Source: an uncultured Alphaproteobacteria bacterium
GTDB taxonomy: Bacteria > Pseudomonadota > Alphaproteobacteria > HIMB59 > GCA-002718135
Direction: 5' to 3'
DNA: 64,000 nt
NCBI GenBank assembly: GCA_902582755.1
Contig: CACHSZ010000001.1
Coordinates: 113,774 to 177,773 of the forward strand
Below are positions 50,156 to 63,702 of the stretch, piece after piece; the first letter of the stretch is position 1, and each line of letters starts with the position of its first letter. The translations under genes were made by a program, and so were the position numbers. Under the pieces are notes generated by a model. It searched no databases. It saw only the letters and a program-made list of their open reading frames with translations, and had not been told where the DNA came from.

Positions 50156-51365
50156 GATATTTTGAAAATACTAATGTTGCATTTGTACCGCCAAAACCAA
50201 AACTATTTGACATAACATGCTCAATTTCAACGTCATTTTCCGTTTTTAAAAGAATATTACAATCTTTGGCACTATCATCGAGATTTTCAATATTAGCAGA
50301 ACCACTAATAAAATTATTTTTCATCATCAATAAACTATAAATTGCTTCATGCACACCAGTTGCACCTAAAGAATGGCCAGTCAAAGATTTTGTTGAACTC
50401 ATTTTAGGAATATTAGAGCCAAAAACATTTTTGATTGCTTCCAATTCTTTTACATCTCCTATTGGAGTACTTGTTCCATGTGTATTTATATAATCAATTT
50501 TACCATTAATATTTTTTAGTGCTTGCTTCATGCATCTTTCTGCTCCTTCTCCAGAAGGCTGCACCATATCGTATCCATCTGAGGTTGCTCCATATCCTGT
50601 TATTTCACCATATATTTTAGCACCTCTAGCCTTTGCATGCTCTAATTCTTCAAGTACTAAAGTTCCACCTCCTCCAGCAATTACAAAACCATCTCTATCT
50701 GCATCATATGCCCTTGAGGATTTGTTTGGAGTAGAATTATATTTTGATGACAAAGCTCCCATTGCATCAAATAAAATTGATAAAGTCCAATGAAGCTCTT
50801 CACCTCCTCCAGCAAAAACAATATTTTGTTTTCCCATCTGAATTAGTTCATACGCATTACCAATACAATGTGAACTTGTAGAACATGCTGAAGTAATTGA
50901 ATAGTTAACTCCTTTAATTTTAAAAGGAGTTGCAAGAGTTGCAGAATTTGTACTAGACATTGCTCTTGGCACCATAAATGGTCCAATTTTTTTTGAACCT
51001 AAACTCTTTCCAATTTCAGAAGACTTGAATAAATTTTGTGTAGATGGACCACCTGAACCAACAATTATACCAGTCATTTCATTTGAAATATCACTATCCT
51101 CCAGCCCAGAGTCGGATATAGCATCTTTCATCGCAATATAGTTGTAGGCAGCTCCATCACCCATAAACCTTAGTAATCTTCTATCAATTTCGTTACTAAT
51201 ATCTATATTTGGTTTACCGTGTACAAGACTTCTAAAAGAAAACTCTTTATACTCTTCTGCACTTGTTATACCAGATTTCAAATTTTTAAGACTGTCTATA
51301 ACATCAGATTGATTATTACCAATACATGATACTATACCTAAGCCTGTTACTACTACTCTATTCAT
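50148..51365 (-). CDS. fabB: Beta-ketoacyl-ACP synthase I
   Basis: [47 protein letters not shown]. Confidence 0.95.
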   Translation of the reverse strand: MNRVVVTGLGIVSCIGNNQSDVIDSLKNLKSGITSAEEYKEFSFRSLVHGKPNIDISNEIDRRLLRFMGDGAAYNYIAMKDAISDSGLEDSDISNEMTGIIVGSGGPSTQNLFKSSEIGKSLGSKKIGPFMVPRAMSSTNSATLATPFKIKGVNYSITSACSTSSHCIGNAYELIQMGKQNIVFAGGGEELHWTLSILFDAMGALSSKYNSTPNKSSRAYDADRDGFVIAGGGGTLVLEELEHAKARGAKIYGEITGYGATSDGYDMVQPSGEGAERCMKQALKNINGKIDYINTHGTSTPIGDVKELEAIKNVFGSNIPKMSSTKSLTGHSLGATGVHEAIYSLLMMKNNFISGSANIENLDDSAKDCNILLKTENDVEIEHVMSNSFGFGGTNATLVFSKYHA

Positions 51366-51368
51366 TAC

Positions 51369-51875
51369 TTATTTCTCAGGTGAAAATAAACCGACTTTCA
51401 TATCTTTAGCTTCATAAATTGTTTCACCGTCAGCTTTTAAAACTCCATCTCCAACTCCTAAAATTAATTTTCTTAGTATAAGTCTTTTAAGAGATATATG
51501 GTAAGTTACTTTTTTGACTTTTTGTAATACCTGACCGGTAAACTTAACTTCACCAACTCCTAAAGCTCGACCTTTTCCTGGTTGGCCAAGCCATCCTAAA
51601 TAAAAACCAAGTAATTGCCACATTGCATCCAAACCTAAACAACCTGGCATTACAGGATCATCTTTAAAATGACATTCAAAAAACCATAAGTCTTCTTTAA
51701 TATCTAATTCTGCAATAACCTCACCTTTAGAAAATTCTCCACCAGTCTCATTTATTGAAGTAATTCTATCAAACATCAACATAGGAGGCATTGGAAGTTG
51801 AGCATTCCCTTTTCCAAAAAGGACACCTTTTGCACAATCGATTAGTTGATTATAGGTAAATGAATTTTGTTTCAT
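51369..51875 (-). CDS. fabA: 3-hydroxyacyl-ACP dehydratase/isomerase
   Basis: [38 protein letters not shown]. Confidence 0.96.
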   Translation of the reverse strand: MKQNSFTYNQLIDCAKGVLFGKGNAQLPMPPMLMFDRITSINETGGEFSKGEVIAELDIKEDLWFFECHFKDDPVMPGCLGLDAMWQLLGFYLGWLGQPGKGRALGVGEVKFTGQVLQKVKKVTYHISLKRLILRKLILGVGDGVLKADGETIYEAKDMKVGLFSPEK

Positions 51876-51914
51876 AATTTTAATTAAACTTTTTTTATGT
51901 ATTTATCAATTAAC

Positions 51915-52667
51915 TTAAACTGATTTTAAATAACAATCATGTTTACTTTTAATAACAATATTATCAATGCTTAATTTTTTTCCATCAGAAATTGTCATTA
52001 TATTAGTTTCATCCTTAAAATCTAAATAAAAATTAATTATTTTTTGAGCAGCAATCAAACCGGCTAACCCTGCTGAAATACCTGAAATACCAACTACACT
52101 GCACCTAGGAAGATCAACATCATCTTTGTTGGGAAATATACAATTTAAACATAGATGATTATTTTTATTTGAATTATTGAAAAGAATTATTTGTAAATCG
52201 TGTCTTAATGCAGAGGAATATAAAAAGTTGATTGAGTTTTTAAGACAGTATTCATTTAATAATTTAGAACTGTACCAATCATCAGTTGCATCAACAATTA
52301 TAGAACATTCTTTTAAATAATTTAAATTTAAAGAATTAATATTTTCATCAATTGTATTTATTTTACATTCAGTATTGATTAATTTTAGTTTATATTTTGC
52401 CACATCAACCTTTTTTTTTCCAATATCATTTAAATTATATAAAATTTGTCTATTAAGATTACTTTTTTCAACAATGTCTCCATCTACTATTAGCAATTCT
52501 TTTATTCCAGAGTTTACTAAATATTGACTTAATGGACATCCTATACCCCCCATACCAACAATACCAATTTTTATATTAGATAATTTTTTTAGATTTTCTT
52601 CTGAAAATTCGTTTAAAATAAATAACCTGCTGAAAATTTTATATTCTTCCTCAGAGTAAATATTCAT
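51915..52667 (-). CDS. HesA/MoeB/ThiF family adenylyltransferase
   Basis: VGMGGIG, DGDIVEKSNLNRQ, DATD, CLNC. Confidence 0.88.
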   Translation of the reverse strand: MNIYSEEEYKIFSRLFILNEFSEENLKKLSNIKIGIVGMGGIGCPLSQYLVNSGIKELLIVDGDIVEKSNLNRQILYNLNDIGKKKVDVAKYKLKLINTECKINTIDENINSLNLNYLKECSIIVDATDDWYSSKLLNEYCLKNSINFLYSSALRHDLQIILFNNSNKNNHLCLNCIFPNKDDVDLPRCSVVGISGISAGLAGLIAAQKIINFYLDFKDETNIMTISDGKKLSIDNIVIKSKHDCYLKSV

Positions 52668-52671
52668 AACT

Positions 52672-53841
52672 CTATATAGTATTATAGATTTGTTTTATAA
52701 TTTGCTTTGCACAATTTACCTTTGTCATTTTCTTAAACTTTTTTATCTGTTTTTTTGTAATTATCGATATTCGATTATAATCTGAGCCAAAAACTTTATT
52801 TTTACTATCAATTTTATTATAAACCATCATATCACATTGTTTATCTACTAATTTTTTTCTGGCATTATTAATGCCCCCAGTTTCAGCTGCAAAACCAACT
52901 AAAAATTTAGGCCTTTGAGTTTTACTTTTTCCAATTTTTTCTAGAATATCAATATTCTTATAAAGATTAATATTTAATTTTTTATTTTTTTTTATCTTGG
53001 ATTTATTGATATTTTTATTTTTAAAATCGGATACTGCAGCAGTAAAAATTCCTATATCAATTTTAGAAATTTTTCTAATTTTTTGATACATTTCATTTGC
53101 TGATTTTATTTTAATAAATTTCAAATTCGGTGGAGGGTCTAAATTTGTTGGTCCAGATATCAAGGTTACATTCGCTCCATATAAAACAAGTTGTGAAGCA
53201 ATTTCATAGCCTTGTTTTCCAGAAGATTGATTTGAAATAAACCTAACTGGGTCAATCATTTCAATCGTTGGTCCTGCAGTTACTAAGCATTTTTTATTTT
53301 TTAATAAATTGATATTTTTTAATCTACTTAAAATTCTATTTACTATATTTTTTGAGTTATCAATTCTACCTAAACCAAATTCTCCACATTTTAGTTTTCC
53401 AACTTTTGGGCCAATAAACTCATGACCGCTGTTTTTTAATAATCTCACGTTTTTTTGATTAATTTTATTGTACCACATAAAGCTATTCATAGCGGGGACA
53501 AACAAAATTTTTTTATTTGAAGCAAGTAAGGTATTAGAGGCTAAATTATCTCCATATCCATTTGCAAACTTAGCTATAGAATTAGCTGTAGCTGGACACA
53601 CAACTATTATATCATTATCTCTTGATAAATTAATATGAAGCATCTTATTTTTTGTCTCATCTTCATCAGTAAATATTCTATCTTTAAGTAATTTTTTCAT
53701 ATCTGATATTTTTACATACTTTTTCGCTTCTTTAGTTAGTATGCAGCTAATATTAACCTCTTTATTATTAAGTAAAGTAATAATTTCTCTACATCTGGAC
53801 GCTGCTATAGAACCAGTTATTATTAATAAAATTTTATTCAT
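52672..53841 (-). CDS. coaBC: Phosphopantothenoylcysteine decarboxylase/ligase
   Basis: ITGSIAA, HINLS, PATAN, PAMN, TAGPTIEMIDPVRFISNQSSGKQG, VGFAAET. Confidence 0.94.
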   Translation of the reverse strand: MNKILLIITGSIAASRCREIITLLNNKEVNISCILTKEAKKYVKISDMKKLLKDRIFTDEDETKNKMLHINLSRDNDIIVVCPATANSIAKFANGYGDNLASNTLLASNKKILFVPAMNSFMWYNKINQKNVRLLKNSGHEFIGPKVGKLKCGEFGLGRIDNSKNIVNRILSRLKNINLLKNKKCLVTAGPTIEMIDPVRFISNQSSGKQGYEIASQLVLYGANVTLISGPTNLDPPPNLKFIKIKSANEMYQKIRKISKIDIGIFTAAVSDFKNKNINKSKIKKNKKLNINLYKNIDILEKIGKSKTQRPKFLVGFAAETGGINNARKKLVDKQCDMMVYNKIDSKNKVFGSDYNRISIITKKQIKKFKKMTKVNCAKQIIKQIYNTI

Positions 53842-54572
53842 TATATTTTATAGCCAGTATGTATGGCTACAATTCCATTAAATAAATTAATAGTCTCAAC
53901 TTTCGTAAATCCACAATCACGAAGATTTTTGCTAAGCTCTTCTTGTGATGGAAATAAATCAATACTTTCACTTAAATACTCATAAGCATTTTTATCTTTT
54001 GCAATTATCTCTCCTAAAAGAGGTAAAATTTTTGATTTATATATTTTATATGAACTTGATATTAAAGATGATTTAGGTGTACTGAATTCTAAGCAACAAT
54101 ATTTACCACCAGGTTTGAGAACTCTGTAAGCTTCTTTTATAGATAATAAATATTCAGTAACATTTCTTAAGCAAAATGAAATAGTATATTTATCAAAAAA
54201 ATTGTTTTCAAAATTTAACTTCTCAGCATTACCAATAAAATATTTTATATTTTTTTCTTTTTTTAATCTTTTTCTTCCCTCTGATAACATTTCTTTATTT
54301 AGATCTAAAAGATAAAGTCTTGTTGGTAAATCTTCCTTTAAGATTTCACTAGCAATATCACCTGAACCCGAACCAACATCCAAGATAATTTCATTTTTTT
54401 TTATATCCATAACCTCTATAAATCTTTTTTTCCATAATCGATGCATTCCTAAACTCATTAAATCATTCATTACATCATAGTTTGAAGCAACACGTGAAAA
54501 TACATTCTGAACAAGTTTAGTCTTTTGTTTTGGATTTACTTTTGTATAACCAAAATTATAATCTTTTTTCAT
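53841..54572 (-). CDS. ubiE: Ubiquinone/menaquinone C-methyltransferase
   Basis: VFSRVASNYDVMNDLMSLGMHRLWK, LDVGSGSGD, RVLKPGG, YEYLSESI; true start taken as ATG 54572 (MKKDYNFG). Confidence 0.94.
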   Translation of the reverse strand: MKKDYNFGYTKVNPKQKTKLVQNVFSRVASNYDVMNDLMSLGMHRLWKKRFIEVMDIKKNEIILDVGSGSGDIASEILKEDLPTRLYLLDLNKEMLSEGRKRLKKEKNIKYFIGNAEKLNFENNFFDKYTISFCLRNVTEYLLSIKEAYRVLKPGGKYCCLEFSTPKSSLISSSYKIYKSKILPLLGEIIAKDKNAYEYLSESIDLFPSQEELSKNLRDCGFTKVETINLFNGIVAIHTGYKI

Positions 54573-54573
54573 T

Positions 54574-55392
54574 ATGCCAGAACTACCTGAAGTCGAAACT
54601 ACAGTTAAAGGACTTAGTGTAATATTGAAACAAAAAATATCTAATGTCAAAATTCATACAACAAAACTGCGTTTTAAAATACCTAATAATATAATTAATA
54701 TACTACGTAACTCCAAGATATCCAACCTAAGACGTATAGCAAAGTTCATTATCATAGATTTAGATATTAATTATTCTCTAATAATACATTTAGGAATGTC
54801 AGGAAGATTAAAATCTGCATCATTAAATTACAAAAGAATAAAACATGATCATTTTGTTCTATACTTTTTTAGTAAAAAGATACTTATTTACAATGATCCA
54901 AGGAAATTTGGGTTTATAGACATAGTAAAAACAAAAAATCTAACAAAACAAAAGTATTTTATGAGTTTGGGTATAGATGCTTTGAGTTCAGAGCTTACTG
55001 CACAAATGATATTTGAAAAAATTTCTAAATCTGAGGTACCCATTAAGCAGATTCTACTTAATCAAAAATTAATTGCAGGAATAGGAAACATTTATGCTTC
55101 AGAAATATTATTTGATGCTAAAATTTCACCTCTTACTCTAGGAAAAAATTTAAAAATTAGTCTCATTATGAAACTAATTAAGTCTATCAGAAAAATTTTA
55201 AAGAAAGCGATTAAATTTGGGGGATCAAGTATACGAGATTATAGGTCTATTGATGGTACTTTAGGAAACTTTCAGTCTAATTTTAAAGTATACAATCAAG
55301 AAGGAAAAAAGATTGGCAATGACAAGGTTAAAAAAATAGTTCAGTATGGCAGATCTACATTTTATTGCCCCAAACTTCAAAATAATAAGTGA
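54574..55392 (+). CDS. mutM: Formamidopyrimidine-DNA glycosylase
   Basis: MPELPEVET, HLGMSG, DPRKFG, AGIGNIYASE, GRSTFYCP. Confidence 0.95.
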   Translation: MPELPEVETTVKGLSVILKQKISNVKIHTTKLRFKIPNNIINILRNSKISNLRRIAKFIIIDLDINYSLIIHLGMSGRLKSASLNYKRIKHDHFVLYFFSKKILIYNDPRKFGFIDIVKTKNLTKQKYFMSLGIDALSSELTAQMIFEKISKSEVPIKQILLNQKLIAGIGNIYASEILFDAKISPLTLGKNLKISLIMKLIKSIRKILKKAIKFGGSSIRDYRSIDGTLGNFQSNFKVYNQEGKKIGNDKVKKIVQYGRSTFYCPKLQNNK

Positions 55393-55410
55393 TTAAACAT
55401 TAAATATTAA

Positions 55411-55438
55411 TTGACTTAATTTATTTTGAATTTATAGC
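55411..55438 (+). promoter_or_regulatory. Putative sigma70 promoter for rpsT (possibly leaderless)
   Basis: TTGACT-N16-TATAGC ending 6 bp before the ATG; no SD sequence. Confidence 0.4.
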
Positions 55439-55444
55439 ACTTAT

Positions 55445-55705
55445 ATGGCCAACCACGCATCGGCAAAAAAAAGATCAAGACAGAACAAAACTAGAAATAC
55501 TGTTAATTCTCAATACCTATCTAAGTTTAGAAACGCTCTAAATAAATTTAAATCTTCTGTTGAAGCAAAAAATGAGCAAGAAATTCAAAAATCCTTTAGC
55601 AATGTCAACTCAATAATGGCCAGAGCGTCAAAAAAAGGTATTTTTAAAAAAGAATACATATCCAGAAAGTTATCCTCTTTATCAAAACAAATTTCAAAAA
55701 AATAA
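55445..55705 (+). CDS. rpsT: 30S ribosomal protein S20
   Basis: MANHASAKKRSRQ...KKG...SRKLSSL. Confidence 0.95.
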   Translation: MANHASAKKRSRQNKTRNTVNSQYLSKFRNALNKFKSSVEAKNEQEIQKSFSNVNSIMARASKKGIFKKEYISRKLSSLSKQISKK

Positions 55706-55783
55706 TTTTTTTTTAATTTTTTTTACTTTTCTTCTTGCTAAAAATACTTAAAGGGTGTTGATTAAGTAAATTAATTTGGTGAT

Positions 55784-55820
55784 TAAATTTTACGACTTTA
55801 GATTTTTTGCGTAAAATTTA
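55784..55820 (+). repeat. Perfect 11-bp inverted repeat in the dnaA upstream region
   Basis: TAAATTTTACG-N15-CGTAAAATTTA. Confidence 0.65.
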
Positions 55821-55851
55821 TTAAGCTATAAAATCGCGTTGTTGGGGGAAA

Positions 55852-57246
55852 ATGGATAATTCATCTACTATTTTTGACGAAAGTAAGTGGTTATCCTTTA
55901 AAAAAAATCTTAAGAAAAATGTTGGTGATACAGCTTTTAACAATTGGTTAAAACATCTGAATTACGTATCATTTCAAGACACTACCATTACTTTTTCAGT
56001 CCCAACAAAATTTTTAAGAGATTGGATAGTAAATAATTACTCTGATAAGATTAAAACTGAAGCAAAAAATCATTCAGATAAAGTAGATACAATTAAGTTT
56101 GTAGTAAAGCCCTCTGGAGGAAGAATAGTTCCAGGAACTACACGTACAATTAAAAGTAACGAAAATCATTGGAAGTCTACTATGGATGTTAGATCAAGCC
56201 AATCTTCCAATTATCCTAATGAATTTGGTGCACCACTTGATCCTAGATTTACATTTGAAAACTTTGTTGTAGGAAAACCCAATGAACTTGCATTTGCCGC
56301 TTCACAAAGAGTTTCAGAAGCTAACAAAATTACTTTTAACCCTCTTTTTTTGTGTGGAGGAGTTGGTTTAGGTAAGACTCACTTAATGCATGCAATTGGA
56401 TGGAAAATTAAACAACAACAACCAGATAGAAAGGTTATCTATCTTTCAGCAGAAAAATTTATGTATCAGTTTGTAAGAGCCTTAAGATATAAAGATACAT
56501 CAGCATTTAAAGAGCAGTTTAGATCTATAGATGTTCTTATGATAGATGATGTTCAGTTTATTAGTGGAAAAGATAATACACAAGAAGAATTCTTTCATAC
56601 ATTTAATGCCTTAATTGAACAAAATAAGCAAATTGTTATTTCTGCTGACAAAACTCCAACCGATTTAGATGGTGTGCAAGAAAGATTAAAATCAAGACTT
56701 GGTTGTGGTTTAGTTGCAGATATTCATCCAACCACTTATGAATTGAGATTAGGTATATTGATCGAAAAGGCACATAAAAGAGGTGTAGAAATACCTCCAA
56801 AAGTTTTAGAATTTCTTTCTCATAGAATTATTTCAAATGTCAGAGAAATGGAAGGTGCTTTAAACAGATTGGTAGCACACGCTACTTTGGTAGGTACTGC
56901 TATCACTGTGGAAACTGCACAATTAGTTCTTCAGGATCTTTTGAAATCATCAAATAAGAAAATTACTATTGAAGAAATTCAGAAGAAAGTAGCTGAACAC
57001 TTTAATATAAGGATTACAGATATGCATTCTCCTAGAAGGTCTCGTTCAGTTGCACGCCCAAGACAAATAGCCATGTATTTAGCAAAATCTATTACTTCTA
57101 GATCACTACCTGAAATTGGAAGAAAATTTGGAGGTAGAGATCATACGACTGTTATGCACGCTGTTAAAAAAATTGAAGAACTTAAATTATCTGATGTTAA
57201 TTTTAATGAAGATCTTGAATTGTTAAAAAGACTTATAGATTCTTAA
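55852..57246 (+). CDS. dnaA: Chromosomal replication initiator
   Basis: FTFENFVVG, GGVGLGKTHL, IDDVQF, QEEFFHTFN, RQIAMYL, GGRDHTTVMHA. Confidence 0.98.
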   Translation: MDNSSTIFDESKWLSFKKNLKKNVGDTAFNNWLKHLNYVSFQDTTITFSVPTKFLRDWIVNNYSDKIKTEAKNHSDKVDTIKFVVKPSGGRIVPGTTRTIKSNENHWKSTMDVRSSQSSNYPNEFGAPLDPRFTFENFVVGKPNELAFAASQRVSEANKITFNPLFLCGGVGLGKTHLMHAIGWKIKQQQPDRKVIYLSAEKFMYQFVRALRYKDTSAFKEQFRSIDVLMIDDVQFISGKDNTQEEFFHTFNALIEQNKQIVISADKTPTDLDGVQERLKSRLGCGLVADIHPTTYELRLGILIEKAHKRGVEIPPKVLEFLSHRIISNVREMEGALNRLVAHATLVGTAITVETAQLVLQDLLKSSNKKITIEEIQKKVAEHFNIRITDMHSPRRSRSVARPRQIAMYLAKSITSRSLPEIGRKFGGRDHTTVMHAVKKIEELKLSDVNFNEDLELLKRLIDS

Positions 57247-57269
57247 TTATTTTTATCATATGTTTAGAT

Positions 57270-58385
57270 ATGAAATTTAAAATATCACGTTCAGATTTTT
57301 TTAAAACACTCTCTCATCTACAAGGCATTGTCGATAAAAAAAATTCACTACCAATTTTAGCAAATATTTTAATAGAAGCTAAAAATAATAACTTAATATT
57401 ATCATCTACTGATATGGACATATCAATTATTGAAAAAATATCTTGTGATGTCATGGAAGATGGATCCACAACGATAAATGCACAGATCTTATATGATATT
57501 GTTCGTAAAATTGATGATAATAGCGAAATAGAAATAATATCAAACAACGGTAAATTACTTACCCTAAGGTCAGAAGGATCAAGATTTTCTTTAGCTTGTT
57601 TACCAAAAGAAGACTATCCTCTAATAGAAAAAGATAATACTGGTATCGATATTGTTCTAAACTCAAAAATTTTATACAAATTAATTGATAAAACAAAATT
57701 TGCTATTTCAACTGAAGAAACAAGATATTTTCTAAATGGTTTATATTTTAATGTTACTAACGAAACTAATAAAAATACAGTAACCTTAGTTGGAACAGAT
57801 GGTCATAGACTTGCTAAATTTAGTCATGAAATTGATGAAAAAGTTGATCAAGTCTCTGGTGTAATTATACCAAAAAAAACAATATATGAACTATCTAAAT
57901 TACTATCTGAAATAGATGTAAATATTAATATATCTATAAGCTCTAATAAAATAGTATTTACTATTGGGGATATAATCTTTATATCAAAATTAATTGATGG
58001 AAGTTTTCCCGATTATAAAAGAGTCATTCCAATCGATAATACTAACATTTTAAAAATTAACAGAGATAAATTATTATCTGCTGTTGATAGAGTTAGTACT
58101 ATTGCAAATGAAAAATCTCCTGTAATCAAGTTCAAATTATTACCTAATGTTCTTAATCTGAATACAGTAAATAACGAAAGCAGCACCGCTTCAGAAGATT
58201 TGACCATTAATTATGAAGGAGATGAAATAGAAATAGGATTTAACTCTAAATATATCATGGATATAGTTAATAATTTAGAAGATTTAGAAATTTCAATAAA
58301 CCTAAAAGATAATACCTCGCCAATTATTGCGCAAGAAAATTCCAATAGTAATTTAGTCTATGTTCTAATGCCAATGAGAGTCTAA
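57270..58385 (+). CDS. dnaN: DNA polymerase III beta clamp
   Basis: LPILANIL, ETRYFLNG, TDGHRLA, SKLIDGSFPDY, VLMPMRV. Confidence 0.97.
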   Translation: MKFKISRSDFFKTLSHLQGIVDKKNSLPILANILIEAKNNNLILSSTDMDISIIEKISCDVMEDGSTTINAQILYDIVRKIDDNSEIEIISNNGKLLTLRSEGSRFSLACLPKEDYPLIEKDNTGIDIVLNSKILYKLIDKTKFAISTEETRYFLNGLYFNVTNETNKNTVTLVGTDGHRLAKFSHEIDEKVDQVSGVIIPKKTIYELSKLLSEIDVNINISISSNKIVFTIGDIIFISKLIDGSFPDYKRVIPIDNTNILKINRDKLLSAVDRVSTIANEKSPVIKFKLLPNVLNLNTVNNESSTASEDLTINYEGDEIEIGFNSKYIMDIVNNLEDLEISINLKDNTSPIIAQENSNSNLVYVLMPMRV

Positions 58386-58388
58386 AAT

Positions 58389-61933
<3,545 letters not shown>

Positions 61934-61939
61934 ACTTTA

Positions 61940-63169
61940 ATGAATACAATTTTACTTGGAAACCTAATAAAAATTAGGTGGATTGCAATCTTTGGCCAGA
62001 TTTTAGCAATTTTTTTTGTATCATTTATTATCAAAATCCAAATTCCATTTTTTGAAACTCTGATAATAATCTTGTTATCTGTTGTAGTAAATTTTTATTC
62101 TTATTTTGAAGAAAGAAAAAATAAATCTATTAGTAACACTAAAGCATTTTCATATTTACTTTTTGATACCATACAATTAGGCTTTTTATTATTTTTGACT
62201 GGTGGAATAATTAATCCTTTTTCAATATTAATTTTAGCACCAGTGATCACTTCTGCTTCGTATTTACCTGCGTTAATGACAGTTATTCTCTCAACTATTT
62301 CAATAATTATTATAATAATTTTAAATTTTATTTATATACCACTTGATCTTGGGCCTAAATTCTTTTTACCAGATCTATATAGCTTTGGTTTACTTGCAGC
62401 ATTAATTATAACAGTAATTTTTATTGCTATTTATGCATATTTGTTTGCAAGTTCGTCAAGAAAAATTTCAAATGCACTTTCAGCTTCTAAACTACAAATC
62501 TTAAATCAAAAGAAGATGACCGAAGTAGGCTCTCTTAGTGCTGCGGCAGCACATGAATTAGGTACTCCACTTAATACAATATTTTTAATTTTAAATGATT
62601 TGTTGAAGGAAAAAAAATTAATTGAGGATAAAAATATTATTAAAGATATTTTATTGTTAAAATCTCAAGCAGAAAGATGTAAAGAAATATTACAAGGTTT
62701 TTCTAAAAATCCCCTCAAGTTGAAAGATAAATTTTTAAATAAAGTAAAAATATCTGATTTAATCAAAATAAACTTTGATAAATTTAATATAAATAAAAAA
62801 CTAATTTTAAATATAAATCCCTCAGTCTCTGAGCCTGAGATTCTTTTTAAAGATGAAATTATGTATGCTTTAGGTAATATTATCCAAAATGCAATATTTT
62901 ACTCTGTCAACATAACTAAAGTCGAATTAAGCTATGAAAAAACATTTGTTAAAATAACTATATCTGATGATGGGAAAGGTTTTTCTAAAGATATTATTGA
63001 CAAATTAGGAGAACCATACGTTTCGAAAAATAATCAGGGAATGGGATTAGGTATATTTATAGCAAAAAACCTAATCGAAAATATGGGCGGAAACATTAAT
63101 TTTTATAATTCTAAAGACGAAAATGCAGTTGTTGAAATTAATTTTGATAACTCTATCTTAAGTATATGA
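61940..63169 (+). CDS. regB: Redox-sensing histidine kinase RegB/PrrB/ActS
   Basis: IRWIAI.GQ, TGGIINPF (GGxxNPF), AAHELGTPL, QAERC, GMGLGIFIA. Confidence 0.92.
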   Translation: MNTILLGNLIKIRWIAIFGQILAIFFVSFIIKIQIPFFETLIIILLSVVVNFYSYFEERKNKSISNTKAFSYLLFDTIQLGFLLFLTGGIINPFSILILAPVITSASYLPALMTVILSTISIIIIIILNFIYIPLDLGPKFFLPDLYSFGLLAALIITVIFIAIYAYLFASSSRKISNALSASKLQILNQKKMTEVGSLSAAAAHELGTPLNTIFLILNDLLKEKKLIEDKNIIKDILLLKSQAERCKEILQGFSKNPLKLKDKFLNKVKISDLIKINFDKFNINKKLILNINPSVSEPEILFKDEIMYALGNIIQNAIFYSVNITKVELSYEKTFVKITISDDGKGFSKDIIDKLGEPYVSKNNQGMGLGIFIAKNLIENMGGNINFYNSKDENAVVEINFDNSILSI

Positions 63170-63693
63170 ATATGAAATTACTAATTGTTGATGATGATCT
63201 TCCTTTTAGAGAAAGACTTTCGAGATCAATGGAAAAAAAAGGGTTTGACGTAACATCTTCTCCTGGTTTTAAAGACTCATTAGTAAAGGTGAATGAGAAT
63301 AATTTTGATTATGCAGTCGTTGATATGAGATTAGAAGATGGATCAGGATTAGAATTAGTAAAAGAACTACAAAAGATAAGCCCTCAAACTAAATCATTAC
63401 TTTTGACCGGATATGGTAACATAGCTACAGCTGTTGCTGCAATTAAATCTGGAGCTATTGATTATCTACCAAAGCCTGCTGAAATTGATCAAATCTATGA
63501 TGCACTAACTAATTCAAAAGAAGTTCTTCCTCCTCCTCCCGAAAATCCAATGACGGCTGATAGAATACGGTGGGAACATATACAAAGGGTTTTTATTCAG
63601 TGTAACAGAAATGTTTCTGAAACTGCGAGAAGATTGAGGATGCACAGACGTACTTTACAGAGAATTTTAAACAAACATGCTCCAAGAGAATAA
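63166..63693 (+). CDS. regA: Response regulator RegA/PrrA/ActR
   Basis: LTGYGNIATAVAA, PPPPENPMTADRIRWEHIQRV, NVSETARRLRMHRRTLQRIL. Confidence 0.96.
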   Translation: MNMKLLIVDDDLPFRERLSRSMEKKGFDVTSSPGFKDSLVKVNENNFDYAVVDMRLEDGSGLELVKELQKISPQTKSLLLTGYGNIATAVAAIKSGAIDYLPKPAEIDQIYDALTNSKEVLPPPPENPMTADRIRWEHIQRVFIQCNRNVSETARRLRMHRRTLQRILNKHAPRE

Positions 63694-63702
63694 ATTATTA
63701 TT

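Noticed and set aside
54573-54650. N-terminal extension of the ubiE ORF
   Set aside because: It is antisense to the conserved mutM N-terminus; ATG 54572 gives a normal UbiE start.
55706-55851. oriC next to dnaA
   Set aside because: No DnaA box cluster and no TTAA-N7-TTAA CtrA site found.
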